Below are positions 24,801 through 37,800 of a DNA stretch of 64,000 bases, piece by piece. Origin of the DNA: Podarcis cretensis (lineage: Eukaryota). The stretch is from contig OX638153.1 in NCBI GenBank assembly GCA_951804945.1, forward strand, positions 62,000,001-62,064,000, read 5' to 3'. Positions within the stretch are counted from its first letter, which is position 1, and each line of letters starts with the position of its first letter. Position numbers and translations under genes: made by a program. The notes beneath the pieces were generated by a model. The model was not told the origin of the DNA. It saw only the letters and a program-made list of their open reading frames with translations, and made no database searches.

Positions 24801-27800
24801 AAGCTACGTTTGGTGGAAAAGAAATCAGAGCAGGTAAGAAGAGCTGCTTTTTTCTAGACGTTCTGGAAATAGTGGGTTAAACAAAACAAGCCATTTAAAA
24901 AACTAAAAATGATTTTGCCATCATAGAACAAGCCTTTCAAATATTGTTTTAGGACATTTTCCTTCCAGACATTGCTGGCTTGCTGCCTCTGACCAGACTG
25001 TGCTGCACTTTTCCATATTTCCTCTCACCTGGACTATGAGGGCGCCATCTCTCACCATCCCTTCGTGAACCAGCCAGCCGCCAACCTCCATCATCATCTT
25101 CACCATTTTGCTCTTCCCTGAAGATGCGCCAGTTCTCGCTCTCAGAGCGTATAAATTCATGCTTCCTTCCTGCTGCTACGGTTCCAGCATCCTCAAAGTT
25201 TGGTCTCACTGCAAGCAAATAAATATGCAAGTATGTAACAGTCACTGTGAAGGGCACCTGGAATAGAAGTCAGACCTTATGCAATTTAAGTCATAAGATG
25301 CTCAGGTGAAAGAAAACAAGAACAAATATATATTGCTTTACTTTTCTTATAATGATAAATGCTTTTCTTTAAGCTCTTCTTACAGTTTTTGTGGGCTAAA
25401 AAACAAATGAAGGATTTCAGACTTCAAAAAGGAGATTTACAAAACAGCTGTAACCATTTAAGAAAGTCAAAAGTTCAATTTGCAACAAGCGATGGAAGAG
25501 CATCTGCAAAGTTTGCATAAACAGTTAGATGCCACCTGATGTTCAATGAGAGATTGCTTTACCATAGTTCAGAGGTATCAAGGCACTATTCCTGGTCACA
25601 TCAAAGTTTACAATGGCACAAGCATTCTGTTGTTGTTTGTACGGGAGGTGTTCTTAAGCACTGCATAATCCAACTCAGTAAAAATGTTCTATTTATCATC
25701 TTTAAAATGTAATTCAACATGGTCTTCTATTTACCCTAGAATAGTTAAAACTTACAAGCAGAATCTCTAAAATTTACATTTGGGTCAACAGCAATAAAAC
25801 AATAATGACCAGTACCAGACGACTAGCATTAAAACCTTCATAGTCATTAATTTCAAATAACAGAGAATTAAAATAACTGTTTCATCCAAAAAAACAATTG
25901 TCATAATGATGCTTAAAGAAATGATTGTCATTTCTAGGATAATTTTACATTCTATTCCATCACGTCCTTCCTAAAAAGTACAACCGATATTCACCCAAAG
26001 GGTAGATTTTGACTGGCAGCATGGGGGTCATAGGGTTGGGCTTTGGCCCCTCTCCTGATGACAAAGGAAGGAGGAAAAACCCTTTGGGATGTAGATGGCT
26101 CCCAATCAGTTTGTGAACTCACCAAGCTTGAACAATCATCAGAGTCTTGTAAGGAAACCAACACAAAGGTGCCCATGTTCCCAAAGTAAACAAGGTGGCT
26201 AAAATGCCGTCAGGTAGAAGATATTGCGTCCCACAATGTGGAAAGCCTGTTGTAGGGTGCTGCGGCCAAAGGCAGTTTCAATGGAGACACAAATTCCCAT
26301 CTTGTAATGCATCATGAATGCACTGGGAGACACCCATGTGGCTGTCTTACAAATGTTCACTAGGGGGACTCAACCCTGGTAGAGTGGGCAGTCAAATTTG
26401 TAGGGTGAGATACAATTCACCAAGTTGTAGGCTATAGAGGTCCTACCTAGATAAGGTGGAAGGGTTAACCTTTTTGCCCAGTGAGTTAGGGTGGAAGGAA
26501 ATGAACACGGTTTCTGATTGTCTGATCTCTTCAGTCCTGGTAATATATGCTTTGAGAGCTCATTGGACATCAAATGAGTGCCATGTCCTCTCTAATAGGT
26601 GAGAGGGGTTGGGGCAGAAGGTGGAAAGGATCAAGTTCCTGCTGAATATGGAAGTCGGAAAGTACCTTGGGGAGAAAGGAGGGGTTCTTTCTAAGAACCA
26701 CTTTGCGCTTGTGGAAGATATAGCTATAGACACGGTGACCAATTCAGAGACCCATCAAGCCAAAGTTATTGCTATTAGAAATACAGTGTTACCTCAGGTT
26801 AAGAACTTAATTCGTTCCGGAGGTCCGTTCTTAACCTGAAACCATTCTTAACCTGAGGTACCACTTTAGCTAATGGGGCCTGCCGCTGCCGCGCAATTTC
26901 TGTTCTCACCCTGAAGTAACGTTCTTAACCCAAGGTACTATTTCTGGGTTAGCGGAGTCTGTAACCTGAAGCGTCTGTAGCCCGAGGTTCCACTGTAAGA
27001 CCTTTCAATGTAAGACTTTGAGAAGTACTTCCTTCAGGGGCTCAAATGGAAGTTTCTGAAGGGTGGACAGCACTTTGTGAAGGTCCCAGGAAGGGAAGTG
27101 GTGGGCATTTGGGGAACACTGTAGGATTGTTCCTTGTGGGAAGCATTTCATTAGGGGGTGAGAGCTAGAAGAGGTGGTGTGTTTGAGGAAGAAACAGCTC
27201 CCGCCTGATGTTTCATCAGAGTGTTGTGTTTTAGACTTTTGCTGAGGCCATTTTGGAGGAATGCAAGAAGATCCAGTACTGTTGCTTTGCATTGCTTCAG
27301 GAAGATCTTCCATGTGGCTTTGTATATTCTTAGAGTGGCTGGATAAGCAAGAAAGTAAGATGGTGGAAAATACTGTGCTGGAAAACCAGAGATTCCAGCC
27401 TATCCGGATATGTGTTCCAGTGTGAGGGTGAGGAGGTGGTGTTTCGGTGACTTCATGAGGTGGAACATTTCAACTTGGAGATCCCAGGATTTGGTGATCC
27501 CCTGCTTGTTGAGGTAGGATTTCAAGTTGGAGTTGCCCATGCGTAGGGGCACGTTTGATGTGTAGGTGTGGAGAAAAGTGCATCAGAGCCAGGTGGGCTG
27601 CTCCAGCTGGGTGTTCAGCTTCCTCTGGAGACTTTTGGGCATGAATTATCTGTCCCTCACAGTGAGACCCCAAATGTAGAGGCTGACATCTGTGGTGACC
27701 ACTATGAGGTGAGGGTCATGAAAAGATGTGCCTTCTGCAAGTTTCTGCTAGATGCCCACTTCATCACTACCCACACTTTTGGTGGCATTTTGATGTGGTG

Positions 27801-30800
27801 ATGTAGAATGTGTGTGATGGCCCACTGGTGGAGGCCATCAAGAAACCACTGCAGAATTCTTGCATGCAATTAGAGAGGGTGCTTTAGAGCCAGACAGTCG
27901 ATAGCCCTGCTTAACTCTGCATTCCAGTGGAGAAGCCATCAACATGGGATAAGATGTCTCTACCACTCTCTGGAAGCTATTTGGATCCAGTAAGTGGTGG
28001 TGGCAGATCATTCAAATTGGTCCTACAGCCCTGCAGAGGGGAAGGGTCACAGAGAAGTCCAGTTGCATCAGGAAGTGATCTGGCCATGGCATTACAGATA
28101 ATATTAAGTATATGTCATAGAATAATTCCTCGCAGGGGGATTGGTTCGATAGCTGACATGTTGAGACAATGCTGTACACAATTATATATCACCTGTTACT
28201 TGACTGGATTGTTGGAGGATCAGGGATGGGAGGAACCAGTTTAGGGGTGCCAGACGTTCTATCATGTATCCATGTGATATAGTATTGAGAATCCAGTGGT
28301 CTGTAGTAATCTGACACCAAGAGTTGAAGAAGGCTTGTAGATGATCCCTGACTTGGGGCAGAGTAGCATCATTGGTTCTGCTGGTGGTTGTTTCTGTAGG
28401 TGTTGGAGGGAGATATCTTGTGTTCTGCTGCCTGGGTGGGTATCACTGCTGTTCCAGGAGGACTTCTGTCTGTAGTTTCTTCCTTGCCCCGGGGAAAGGT
28501 AGTTCTGAAAGGACTGGTTGGAAGATTGGTTGTCACCAGTATCTATGGGTCACCAGTACCTTCCGCTTATCTTTAGTTTCATCAGGATATCCTTGAGGGC
28601 ATCCTCTCCAGACAGCATAAAATTGGCCCAGTCAGCAACGTTGGGCTGGAATGCCACGACCCACAAATATCAGGTGGCGTGAAGTTGAAAATTAATCGGG
28701 TGCTCAATGGCTTTATTAATGTCCCTGTCTGAGAAAGAGCAGTCAGAAGGAACGATGATAGTAAAGTGGAGACAAATTTCTCGGGATTTTGTATTTCTGA
28801 AAAGGTACAGAAAGCCATAAAAAGGAGGGCAGGAAAGGGTGTGAGGCAGCCGATTAAAGGAAGGGGGGTTGTTTTCTAAGAAAATGGTGACAAAAGGTAA
28901 AAGAAGAAAAATAACAGCCTGGTAGAAGTAAAGAAAATGGGGGCACTAGTAAAAGTGACCGTCCCAAAGAGTTTTTTCCTCCTGTTTTCATTATCAGTGG
29001 AGGAGCCTAAGCCCAACCCAATGACCCCACAATGCCAGGAGGAAATCATAGAAGAAGGGAGGGGACAGAATATCCATAATTAACATTGCAGTTCTAGCAG
29101 GCTCACTAGAGAGAAAGCCACACTGAATATACTTCTGAATCTAAGGCTATTAACTGTGAAACAACACTGTTTGTCAACAGGTAACAACATATTTCAAAGC
29201 TTAAGGGTATTGAGAAGAGAAAACACAGAACTGGATGAAATAACGTTTCAAATCCAACTAAGAACAGACCCAGGTATATTACGTTCTGAAGATATTAAAA
29301 ATGAAGAAGTAAATAGTCGCTCAGTCAACATTATTACACACAGACGTCAAAGTCTAAAGTATTCTAACGAGGAACGTAGCTTATACCCCTAGCATGTTCA
29401 TTTCACTTGGTTTAAGTTACTTGGCGTGGAGGTCGGTGTTTGGCCATGATTTCCCAGGATGAAAAGGAAAAAGAAAAAGATCTGTGGCTTTGCCTCAAAC
29501 TAATTGACTGGACTTCCTGAGGAGAAGGAGCAGTGAAAGGGCACCTGCATTCCATGTCTGACCCCAAGCCAGCAATGGTGTTTATGGAAAAGTTCAGATA
29601 CAACAAAGACATCCAGCCAACAGAGTCTACAGCTATGTAATTTGAAGTTTTAAAAGGGACTGACTTCAAAGTACTAAAGTGGTGTTCTGGAATACAATCT
29701 TCTGAGAACTTGTTTATTGAGAAATTTTTTACTAGAATAGCAAATAACAGTGTCAACAATCTTTCTATAAGACACTAAGACACGCTCACTCACACACACA
29801 CACACACACACACATTTCTATTATAAAAATAAGTTTAATTTAGTGTCCGTTTTCAGGATCCTTCAAATAACTTTTAATTGTTGGCTACATAGTTTCTAAA
29901 CCAAAGTCCCTCGAGTACAAGACAGCTTACAATACTGTGAAAGAGAGAAAGAAAATCACTGCACAACCTTGAATAATGACCACACACAAAGTGACTTAAG
30001 GAATCATTGGTCATCATTTTTAGGGTACAGGCAGACTAAAACGTAATCATATTTCATTTTAGTTTTGACCATCTCTGTCTCTAAACAACTTACCAGAATT
30101 TTCCCATGCACAAATGCTTTTTCCTCCAAGAATTATGCTGTTTTCCTTACTGAAAGCTGAATTTGCACAATTGTATCCATACACATCAGTCTTCCTACCA
30201 AAATATTGCACTTCAATAGTCATGCCAACTATCCAATTCCTTTCACACAAACAAGTGCAACATTTCATGGACAGTATGTCTCACATGCGTTTAAGTTTGC
30301 TCTATAGTTCTGCATATGCCACTAACCTTTACAGATATGGCAGAACAGCTTCTTACCTGCATTGTAATATTACCACTCGCCACTCCAATCTTCACCGAAA
30401 ACTGCATTTGTGAGGCAGTTTAAAGGGGCGTATCAGGAACACACATACTTCTAATATATGGTGAATCCAGTTTTTATTTTAAGATGTTAGCACAGTAATA
30501 GTAATAATAATTTATTATTTGTACCCCGCCCATCTGGCTGGGTCTCCCAAGCCACTCTGGGCGGCTTCCAACAAAGATTAAAAATACATTAGAAGTATAA
30601 AAGTATTTGTATATCATTATCTGTTAATGTTTCTTATAGTAAAAAGAAAAGGCACCATGCTATACTGAGTGAAAAGTGTCCCCTTGTCCCCATACCCATG
30701 AAGGTCACAAATGCATGTTTCAATTTTAAGGTGCTGTGCCTCAACATGTATTACAAGGTTCTCTGCTAATGAAATGAAGAATTAATGTTTTGTATTTTGT

Positions 30801-33800
30801 GGAGAGTTTTTTTTTAAAGAAAAACCATGAGGGAGATTTTAGTTTCTAAGTAGCATTATATTGGTCTACATTAATAATTTTCACAGCAGGTCTTCAGTAC
30901 TTTTACTGCAAACAATCACAGCCTTTGTTTCTCAGATCCTCTTAGGTCTGACGTTCGATCAAAGTCCTCACATCAGCAGCTAAGGAAAAATGTGAAATGC
31001 TGAACTGCACTACAAAGCTACCCTCACAGATCATGCAAGTGATTCTGAAAGGTAGACATTATGGGCCTCTTTTCGGCTCGTTTTTATTAGTCAGCTGTTA
31101 CATTTAAATCTAATTTGACACAGCATAATGTAAACATCTCATTTTGGTCATAACCATGTTACATGCAGCAATATCCTACATAAAATACAATCCTATGAGC
31201 AATGCTGACTTAGCAGTAGAGGCAAAATAAGAGACGCAGTAAAGTTACAGGTCTTGCATCTAAAATTAGGTTGCAACTATGTAAACTATGTAAAACTAAT
31301 TAGCAACCTTGATCTCTAGGATACCGATATCCTGTGTACCACATGGTACAAAAAACCTAAAAAGAGAAAAGTGAAACAGAAAGCACATCTTCACCTCAAA
31401 CTGCCTGGTTTTGGTTAAAATAAAATATCAAAGAAATTGTGAACTCTAAATAGCTACCACAAGAAAACTTGAATGGAAAACAGTCCTGAGGAATTTCATT
31501 CCTTTGAACCTCCAAGTAAAACCTTTAAGTAAGATTATGCAAACCTAAAAACTCCATCCTGATTAAGATAAAAAATGCACCCCTTTCTCCAAGTAAGTTC
31601 GTGTGGATTTCTCCACAGCTGCTAGGGTATGTGTTGGGGAAAGAAAGCTTGAACAAATCAGCATTCTTTTCCACATGACCACAGCTAATTGGCCCCCCTG
31701 CAGACTGAATGACCAATCACATCAGCTTCATATGAAAGCCAACCCCCCACATTATAAACTGAGGAATGAGACCCGTAAGCCCATTTTGAACAAACATCCT
31801 TCCAAACTAGTTGTCAAAAGGTTTTTTTTCTTCCTTGGGATCACTATATACAGATACAAGATAGTTTGGTTCGTTTTCAATATCCAGGACATCCGCCTTC
31901 CTCCCTTTCCCTGCCAGGTAGATAAATACTACAATTACACTGGTAAGTACATGATGCTAACATAGCATCAGTTTTTTACATTAATATTTCCTGCTTTGTG
32001 GTTTTAGACTTTCAAAAACAAAAATGGAGTTTTGGAGGATTTAGACAGACCTGTTTTGAAAAATATCAATTGAAATACCAACTTCAAATATTGTAAGACT
32101 TTCTCAAAGGAGATTGCTTTCCAAATGAATATTGCCCAGTGACAACTTCCAGAACCAATTTCCATAAGGAACAGTTCTGTATAGGAGATCCCTGGAAGTA
32201 ACTTCAGCATCTTGCATGGCTCTTTAGCTTTTAATAAAAGGCATGAAGCAGACCTTAGCTGTGCAATTCTAAAAGAGTACGGTATTTCTTCAAAAAGGTA
32301 ACCATCCTGCGACCAGTCAGATATTGAAGACTGGGTGTGTACTTATTCCTGGAGATGTAGTTGTTGTTTCTAACAGTAATGTAGATGACTAGAGTTTTAA
32401 ATTCAATTCCAGGTTCCAGAAATATCTCATCTTTCTATTTAAAAGTTCTGAAAAAATATGTTATTGCTTTAACTTATATAAAGCATGACTGATAGATGGG
32501 AAGTAATTTGCTAGCAATTTGTGTAGCAGTGTAAAGAAATTTCCACTCAAATTCAATTATTTAAAAAATCATTTGAGTGATTCTTTTGATTAGACACAGA
32601 GGTTTTCTGGTTGCTCACCACAGAATAGCCATTTGAATAGAAATTAAATGTTATGTCATAAAGCAAATTTAAATTTTATTGGTTTCTAACCATATAAACA
32701 AACTTTTCGAACAAGTTTCTTCATTTGTCTTACACAATGTCAGTGTTTAAGAAACACCTGATTGCTACCTATATTAAGATTACTTGTTTGCCCAAAACTA
32801 TTTTATCTCCTACACATGGAAGATCCTGTTTAAGGGGACAAATGATTGTTGTGAAGAATTAGGATATTTCATGCATGGTAATGTTATCTGGGGAATAGTT
32901 TTAAACTTCCAGGGAAAATTATAGTCCAATCAATGAAAAAAAATCAGTACATAATAAAGTGTGAAAGGGATACCATTTTTATTTCACTGATACTATTCAA
33001 ATGTATCACATTTGTGTTTTAAATCCAAAGGCAGGTGTATCAACCTATTCAGGTGTAACATACCTTCACTTATTTCTTCACTTTGTAGCTCGGTTACACT
33101 TAACCCTTCACTATTTTTGCCAATACTCATTTTGAGGCGCAAGACAAAATTACAAGACTGCCGTTGGATACCTGCAATGGGGGGGGCATTACCTGAGAGC
33201 AGCAGCGTAGCTTAGAGGTCGCAAGGCACACACATAACTATACACCATGCTTTCAACATTTGCTACCTGCCTAATGACAGACCTGCTATATTGGCGCAAG
33301 TACACACACTCAACACTTCCTGCAAGCTTTAAGAAGAGTTTGAACAGGAACCTGTTCTTGGGGAGCACTATGGCAAAACTGCATGGCATCAGAAATGATG
33401 GAGGGTGGGTGGCAGTGGGCATTACCCCTTTGGTTGCTTCCTTGAAACAACTGTTACTTGCTCTAGGGCAGCCTCCCCCAACCTGGCTTCCCAGTATGCT
33501 GTTGGTTGCAGCCACGCAGCTCACCATTTGACTAGAGCAACCTTCCCCAACCTGGTGCTCTCCAGATGTTTTGGACTACTACATCTGTCAGCCCTAGCTG
33601 GCACTGCTATGGCTGATGTGAGGGGTGGTCCAGAGCATCTAGAGGGCACAACGTTGGGGAAGTCCGCTCTAAGCAAATGGCAAACTGCACAGCTGTAATG
33701 AGCAGCACCTAACACTGTTTCTTCAGACTAGTGCAGCATGTTATCCTTTACAAATTCTAAGCGATATAATCTATGGCTTTAAACTTTTGCAAGTGAATTC

Positions 33801-34804
33801 AATTTCAAAGCCTTTATATTAATACTCTGTTAGTCATTCTCTCCATAGATGTTCTATGATATTCGGCAGTAGTTTTAGAATACCTTATTCACATCAAATG
33901 GCAATATTTTCTAGAGGAATTAATGCACTATTCACTGTTACAAACAAGTACCAAAGTAAATTTTCTGAAGTGAGCTGGATGTCAAAACTACTACAGATTT
34001 TATAAGCAATCTGACTTAAACTGAAGGTGTCATTATTACAATGACTATCAATTAGGAGAATATCTATCTATCTATCTATCATGGGATGTTAAACTTATAT
34101 AACAAATATATAATTTAAAATATATACTTAAATGCTAAAGAAAGCGTATCTACTTTGCAAAAATGTAGTGTGGAAAATTTAAATACCTTTGATTATTGCT
34201 GATTTATATTGTACCCACCCTTCACCCTTAGGTCCCAGGGTGGGTTACAGTAGTAAAACACAAATGTAAGAACAATTGCCAAATATCACTTTTAAGCAAT
34301 GTTTTGTTGGTATTAAGAGTCACGTGAAAAAATTTAATTGAATAGGAGAGTCCTTGAATCTTTGCATACATCTATGTCTTAACTGCTCTTGTAACAAAGC
34401 AGAGAAAGCCAAAGGGACTAAAATTCTGCAACAATGAAATACATTTTTGCTCAGTTATACAAATGAATAAATATTTTCAATTTACACATTTAAACTCCAT
34501 ATCCAAGTGCTTGGAAAACTTGCATTTTCTATAAATGGTTTGCAGTAAGGGGAGGGGGGAGTAGTAAACGGTAGGCAACAGAGTGTATAGGTCAAAGAAA
34601 AGTGACCAGAAGCCATGAAGTTGGTGAATGCAGTCAAGTGGAACACAGAAGCTCTATGTCCATAAATATCTGGTGTCTTGTATAGATACTATCAACCTGT
34701 TTTCAAACCCATCTTCATGAACTCAAGGACTAAAGCAAGGGTAGCCAACTGGGTGCCTGACCACCAGAAGTTGTTTGACTACCGCTTTAATGAAGCCTAG
34801 CCAA

Positions 34805-34843
<39 letters not shown>

Positions 34844-37800
34844 TAATAATAATAATAAATAATAAATAATAAATAAATAACATAGCAAATACTTAGGGGA
34901 GATAGGAGCTGTAGACCAACTGCATCTGGAGGGCATTACATTGGTTACCACTGGACAAGAGGAGTTATTTTCTAATTGTTAATTAGAAGCTGAGATTCTC
35001 AAAAATTTTCACCAAATGCAGAAGCCTATGAACTATGTATAGAACTTGACGGGGTGTGTGTGTCTTATTTTTAGAGTAAGCAAATAGATGGTACAGTATC
35101 TTTTAATAGGCACATATGGAAGTATAATGGTTTGCTAAGCTGAAAGTATAGTGCAGAAGTCTTTGTGAAAAAAAGTTTTATTTTTAACTCACTGAGTTCT
35201 GGATACGTTTGCTGGAGATAGCATCACAGCTCTACAGCTGCACACTTGAGAAGTCATAACTCCAGGTATAGCCAATGTATTAAAGTTAGGAATACTTATA
35301 TAATTCTCGCCACTATAATTTCTCCCCAGATTCAGTGATTCTAAATATTTAAACAAGGTTATAGAGAGAAAGCAATGAATTAGTAATCCACTATTCTTCA
35401 TTTGTTGATTGCTGAACTTTGTTCAAACCACTGCACACGTACAGCTTGCAGAATTTTCAATTTTTTAAAAAAACAACATTAACTTGTAGGTCTATCAATT
35501 TGCACATAAACACTTATCAATTCAAAATTAATATTAGAAATTCTCTTAAATGTCTAAAGCAGAGTATGGGGCAGAGCAAACCCACTAAACAATAACGTTA
35601 AGAAAAAGGGGAAATCCAGTCATACTTTATTCTAAGTCCTCTTTGTAGCATTTACACAACTATTGCCTTTAAGTAGTTGATTATGCCTATAAATTTCTCA
35701 GCACAACATGGTTGCATTCTTGGGAAGACAGAACTCCACATGTTTCAGAACTACAAGTATCCAAACTGGTTGAAATACTCCACTATAAAGATACTGAAGT
35801 CATAGTTGATTATTTCATTGATATATCTATGAAGTAAGTGGCAGAGACAAAAATGGAAAATTCCATGCTAGAGATTATTAGGAAAGATATTGCATATAAA
35901 ATGGTCAGAATGGTCCTTTATAAATCTACACTGCAGACACATTTGAAGAACTCTACAGTTTTGGTTACCCCATCTAAAAAAGGGTACTTGAACTAGAAAA
36001 TATGCAGAACTGGGGAACAAAATGATACATAACTGAAGCACTTTTCTTGTAAAGACAAGTTAAAGCATTTTGAGATAGTAAAAACAGGACAGGGCTATTC
36101 AAAGCCATTTCCTTTAAAAACAACCAGTTCCCCAAAGCCTGTTGGAATAAAACAGTATTTGCCTGCTGGCATAAAAACAACTCCTAGGAAAGGAGTTCCA
36201 AAATTTCGGAGCAGCTACCAAGAAGGCCCTCTCCCATACAGTCCTTCAGATAACCTGAGCTAAGCTGTATAAGGGCTTTGTAGGTCATAAATAGGACTTT
36301 GAATTGTGCCTGGAAAAAGACTGGTGTAGCCAGTGGAGCTATTGTAACAAGTAAGGTTTATGCTCCCTGGCGTGCAGCTCTTTAGGCCAGTCAGTTTCTG
36401 AGCACTTTTCGAAAGGCAGCCCCACATACAGCACGTTACAGTAAACTATGCAGGATGTAATGAAGGTGTGTTAAGTTTATATAAAACAATGTTCCAAAAC
36501 AGACAGCTCTTGCAGCTTTTGCATATGACTACCTCCTGGAATCAATAAATAAAAAGGAATGTTTGAAGAGTAACAAGTCAACTGTTTTTCTTGTCTGTGG
36601 AGGTGTATTAGCAGGATATAGTCCTTTTTCCAACTTTCCCAGTAGATAATCCTTTGAACACTAGAAGTTCCTTGTCCCTGTCTTTACCTAGTGCACTGAA
36701 ATCCAAGCCCAACAAGGCAAATAGCAATTTTTGTGTGCTTCAATTGTAGTTGATCAGGTACGTAGTGGAACTCTTAGATCAAAAGTGCATTCCGCATACA
36801 AAATGAATATGGGTCAGGCAGAATATCACTATTTTAGTAATAATTATTATGCATTATTATTATTTAGATTTCTTAAACATTCTTCACTATAAAGTCCCAA
36901 GGTGGGTTACAGCAATGTAAAAATACAATATTAAAATCAGTTTTACAAAATTACAAGCAAAAGAAGAGGGTGGGTCCTAAAAACACCTCAGTTGTCAAAG
37001 GCCAAGGTAAAGAGGTATGCTTTCAATGTATAATGAAACCTATATAATGAAGATGTTGGATGCCAAGTTAAGGTTACTTTCATTCAGCTGTTAACAAAGA
37101 TTACTATTAGCAAGATTTTAAAGTCCAGAATTCTTACACAGGGCCCAATTATGCTGTTCCTTCCTTTATTCTTTTGAAAATGTGTTTTATTTACCATATT
37201 GCTAGTTATAAAAACGGAAACACTTAAATATGCAAAATATAAATATATAACTACCAAATCTTAAAAAATAAATTCTCACAAAAGGCAATTTAGTGCCTAT
37301 GGTAGGTTTAATACTTACAGCAAATACCAAGCATCACCTTACAACAAACCATGTATAAAGTAGCATCTTTGTTTAAAAAGTTGAAACTGTCAGCATTACT
37401 ATCACAGTAGGATAAAGAATCAATTCATAGGTCTGTATTTCAAAAAATTGTTATTTTTGATGCAGTCCCTACCTCCTCTAATGAGGTAGGGACATATGCA
37501 GGCAGCTTAGCAGGCTATTACATGGAATACAAGGCATGTGTACACCTGCCACATCACAGTCACACTCAACCCTTCCACTAGATCAAAGGAGTTCACGTTA
37601 TTCCTCTGGTGATCGCTCTGGGCACCACACATGCAGTGGACTGGCTTGAACCCATAAAATAAACTTGCATGTTTAGCATGACATTAGGATTGTTTGCTTT
37701 CATTTCAAAATGGTATTTTTCTCATCATTTTCTTAAGAAAAGTTCTACTTCTGACAGAGTCAAAAGTCATGTTCAAAGAGTCTCTTTTAAAATTTCAAAT

